DNA of 64,000 bases from contig NC_043003.1 of assembly GCF_006345805.1 (NCBI RefSeq), forward strand, positions 2,232,001-2,296,000, in the 5' to 3' direction. The notes beneath the pieces were generated by a model that was not told the origin of the DNA, did not search any database, and was given only the letters and a program-made list of their open reading frames with translations. Each line of letters opens with the position of its first letter. Position 1 is the first letter of the stretch. Below, one piece after another: positions 61,239-64,000 of this stretch. Source of the stretch: Octopus sinensis. Its lineage: Eukaryota. The position numbers and the translations under genes were made by a program.

Positions 61239-63308
61239 ATATAATGGTGACCCTGTTGTGATTTGAACATGCAGCCTTTTTGCCAAACCATTAAGAAATG
61301 AATACTGGTTGTCAAGTGCTGGTATGGTGGTGGTGGGGAGACACAAACACTAAGGCATGCATGCACACACACACACATATACAACAGGCTTCCACATAGT
61401 TTCCATTTCCCAAATACACTCACAAGGTCAGGCTGAGACTATAGTAGAAGACATTCACTCCAGGTGCTGCACCATGGAATTGAACCTGAGACTATGTGCT
61501 TGCATAGCAAACTTTTTAACCACAATGCCATGCCAATAAATATTGGATTCAGCCATGCTGGAGCACTGCCTTGAGTGGGGTTTTTTCTTTAGTCAAATGA
61601 AGTGGGTTTTTTCTTGAGCCTGGTACATATTCTGTTGGTCTCTGATGCTGAAACTTGAAGTTAAAGGTGCAAAGGGATGTAAACGGACCAACACTAGTTG
61701 TCAGACGAAAGTGGGGGACAAACACACACACACAATGGACTTTTGTTAATTTCTGTCTACCATATCCACTCACAAGACAAAACCCTTTCGAATGAGCAAC
61801 ACCGATTCCACAGCTCCATGCTTTGAAATGACTAAACAAGAACTGCTACTGGAACTTACCATTTACAGGAAACTTTTTTACCACTTCCATCCACCATTTT
61901 CCTCGAATAATGGAACTGCAACTACAATACTTTTATATATCTTATTTCTACTTTCATTTTCTTAATTCCCTCTATATTCCCTATCTCCTCCTTTTACACA
62001 ATAATTCAAACTCAAATATTTTCTCACACCGTCTCTAATGAAGGGATATCCATAATATCCTAGAAACAGCTGTAGGACTATTTCATTATAAATGTCCTGA
62101 GAGCTCCTCACAGCCTTGGATTTGTTATCTCATTTGGTCTAACATCATCATCATCATTTAACGTCCGCTTTCCACGTTAAATGATGATGATGATGATGAT
62201 GATGTTAGACTAAATGAGATAACAAATTTAAGGCTAACATATATATATATATACACATGACAGGCTTCTTTCTGTTTCCGTCTACCAAATCCACTCACAA
62301 GGCTTTGGTCGGCCCAAGGCTATAGAAGACACTTGCCCAAGGTGCCATGCAGTGGGACTGAACCTGGAACCATGTGGCAAGCTTCATACCACACAGCTAT
62401 ACTTGCTTACATTTCTACAATACATAAAATATTTTTAACAATTTTTTAATAATATTTAATTATAAAGCTATAACAAGATTTTTAACACCCTGAATGGCTA
62501 TGAGGGTCCACCTGTGTAGAACAAGCATCAAAGGGGTCGATAGGTAGGAAAACGGTCGAGAACCTCTTGCTTGGAACATCTAATCTGTAGTCTCATAGGA
62601 GCTCCTTATTATTTTGATGGTGGCTAAATCACTGACAGTAGCTACTGCTGTTGCTTAGAATAAGTCACAAGGAGCCTGCTCCTTGGCTGAATGGCCGAGG
62701 GTTAAAATATGGTCTCTGTTGATGTTATGTCAACAACTAGGCCATGCTCAATGACCTCTCATTGTCTTTTTACATATATTTCTTCAACTGGCAGAATAGA
62801 GTCTGAGAGGAAGGTCAAGATGTGTCAAGCTGATATTTTTTGATTGGTCAAGAAATGTTGGAAGATGCAAAAGAAAATTATTTTATTCTTTCTGAGTAAA
62901 AACTAAAATAGAACCAACATGAATTGATGAAAATGTTAATTTCCTCCTGTGAGTGAATCTAAATGATGAGGATCAAACGACGGATAAAGATGGATAAAAA
63001 ATTTTCCATTACAGAAGATTGATTGAATTCAAAAAAAGAGCAATTTTTCCAGAAGCTTCTTTTACCAGACTCTGTAGAAGTTTTTTTAATGATGTTGAAG
63101 GTAATATTTTCACTATTGCAGACATTCTGGAAGGCAAAAAAGCCATTGGTGTGTTGTTTTTCCCTTTTAGCTTTAGATGAGGGGCTTTCAACCAAGGTCC
63201 CTATGACTTTGGGGTCCATATGCGATTTTATATGCTTATATTTCTACAATATAAAAAAATATTTCAACAATTTTTTACAATTTCTAATAATATTTAATTA
63301 ATTATAAA

Positions 63309-63584
63309 GGCATTCCTTCGATATAACTCGACAAAATCAAAACATTTCAGTTTGGGTGTTTCCGTGGGTTGTGGAATATAGATATAATGAAATTATGCCA
63401 GCAATGTCTCATTTTAAACTTGAAGAAAAAAGGCCTTGCACATTTGTTCTTACCTGTTTCATGTTTGTATGTAAAATCCGCAAATTCCCAAGCAGAAAAC
63501 AGAATCGAAAACTGTCGTTTGCTTCCATGGAAATATCCCAAAATGAAATGTTCTGATTTTGTTGAGTTATATGGAAGGATTGCC
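63309..63584. mobile_element. MITE with 41-bp TIRs
   Basis: ggcattccttcgatataactcgacaaaatcaaaacatttca (63309-63349) vs the reverse complement of 63544-63584, ggcaatccttccatataactcaacaaaatcagaacatttca. Confidence 0.85.
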
Positions 63585-63672
63585 AATTATAAAAGTAGAA
63601 TGGGATTTTTAAACATCAATTAGGTATGAGAGTGGACCTGAGTGAAATAGGAATGAAAAGAGTTCAGTCCCA

Positions 63673-63876
63673 TATTTAAGAGATGAGGAATTATGTACAT
63701 TACTTACATTTGACGGATATTTGTCCTCATCCAGCCTTCATCTAGGGGAAATTTCAAACCTGGTTCGAAATTTCCCCAAGACATCTGATGAAGAGTGGGA
63801 GTGGGGGGGGGGTATATCAGCCGAAATGTGTTAACAAGAAACAAGATGAAGACAAATATCCGTCAAATGTAAATAA
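63673..63876. mobile_element. Second inverted pair of family E tails (deleted/degenerate)
   Basis: atatttaagagatgaggaattatgtacat... (minus copy), junction ggggaaatttcaaacc-t-ggttcgaaatttcccc, then acatCTGATGAag...tatatCAGCCGAAAtgtgttaacaag (plus copy). Confidence 0.75.
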
Positions 63877-64000
63877 CAAAGAGTTCATAGGGAAAAAAAT
63901 GGTTGAGAAACACAGCTTGAGATCAACCCTCAATTTGATTATAGGGGGTGACCTATGATCAAAGGTATTCAAGGTGCTGACAACCTGCTTTTTCCCATTT

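Noticed and set aside
62950-63180. Protein-like plus-strand stretch RLIEFKKRAIFPEASFTRLCRSFFNDVEGNIF
   Set aside because: Bounded by in-frame stops and no motif was recognised, so it cannot be assigned.

Overview
AT-rich, repeat-saturated eukaryotic (non-prokaryotic) genomic DNA. The SINE/LINE landscape and a cytochrome b NUMT suggest a coleoid cephalopod, probably Octopus (inference). No host protein-coding exon could be identified with confidence; most ORF-track entries come from microsatellites or SINEs. The window holds four tRNA-head SINE families (here called B, C, D and E), many short 3' tails of an RTE LINE (family A), and RTE, CR1-like and L1/Tx1-like LINE fragments. It also holds a decayed pogo element, a tandemly duplicated mariner, a Tc1 fragment, several MITEs, a 2.8-kb higher-order 9-mer satellite, a cytb NUMT, and a CpG-retaining, TE-poor stretch (about 16.9-19.2 kb) that may be a promoter/5'UTR. 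The most notable signal is two unrelated small non-coding mobile elements that carry type I hammerhead ribozyme (HHR) motifs. The first is a 544-bp-unit, 1.25-mer, retrozyme/Penelope-like insertion (36797-37475) with a near-intact minimal HHR and a perfect 138-bp fold-back palindrome at its junction. The second is a tRNA-headed SINE with a degenerate HHR in its tail, present as head-to-head inverted pairs at two loci (58.1-58.7 kb and 63.7-63.9 kb).
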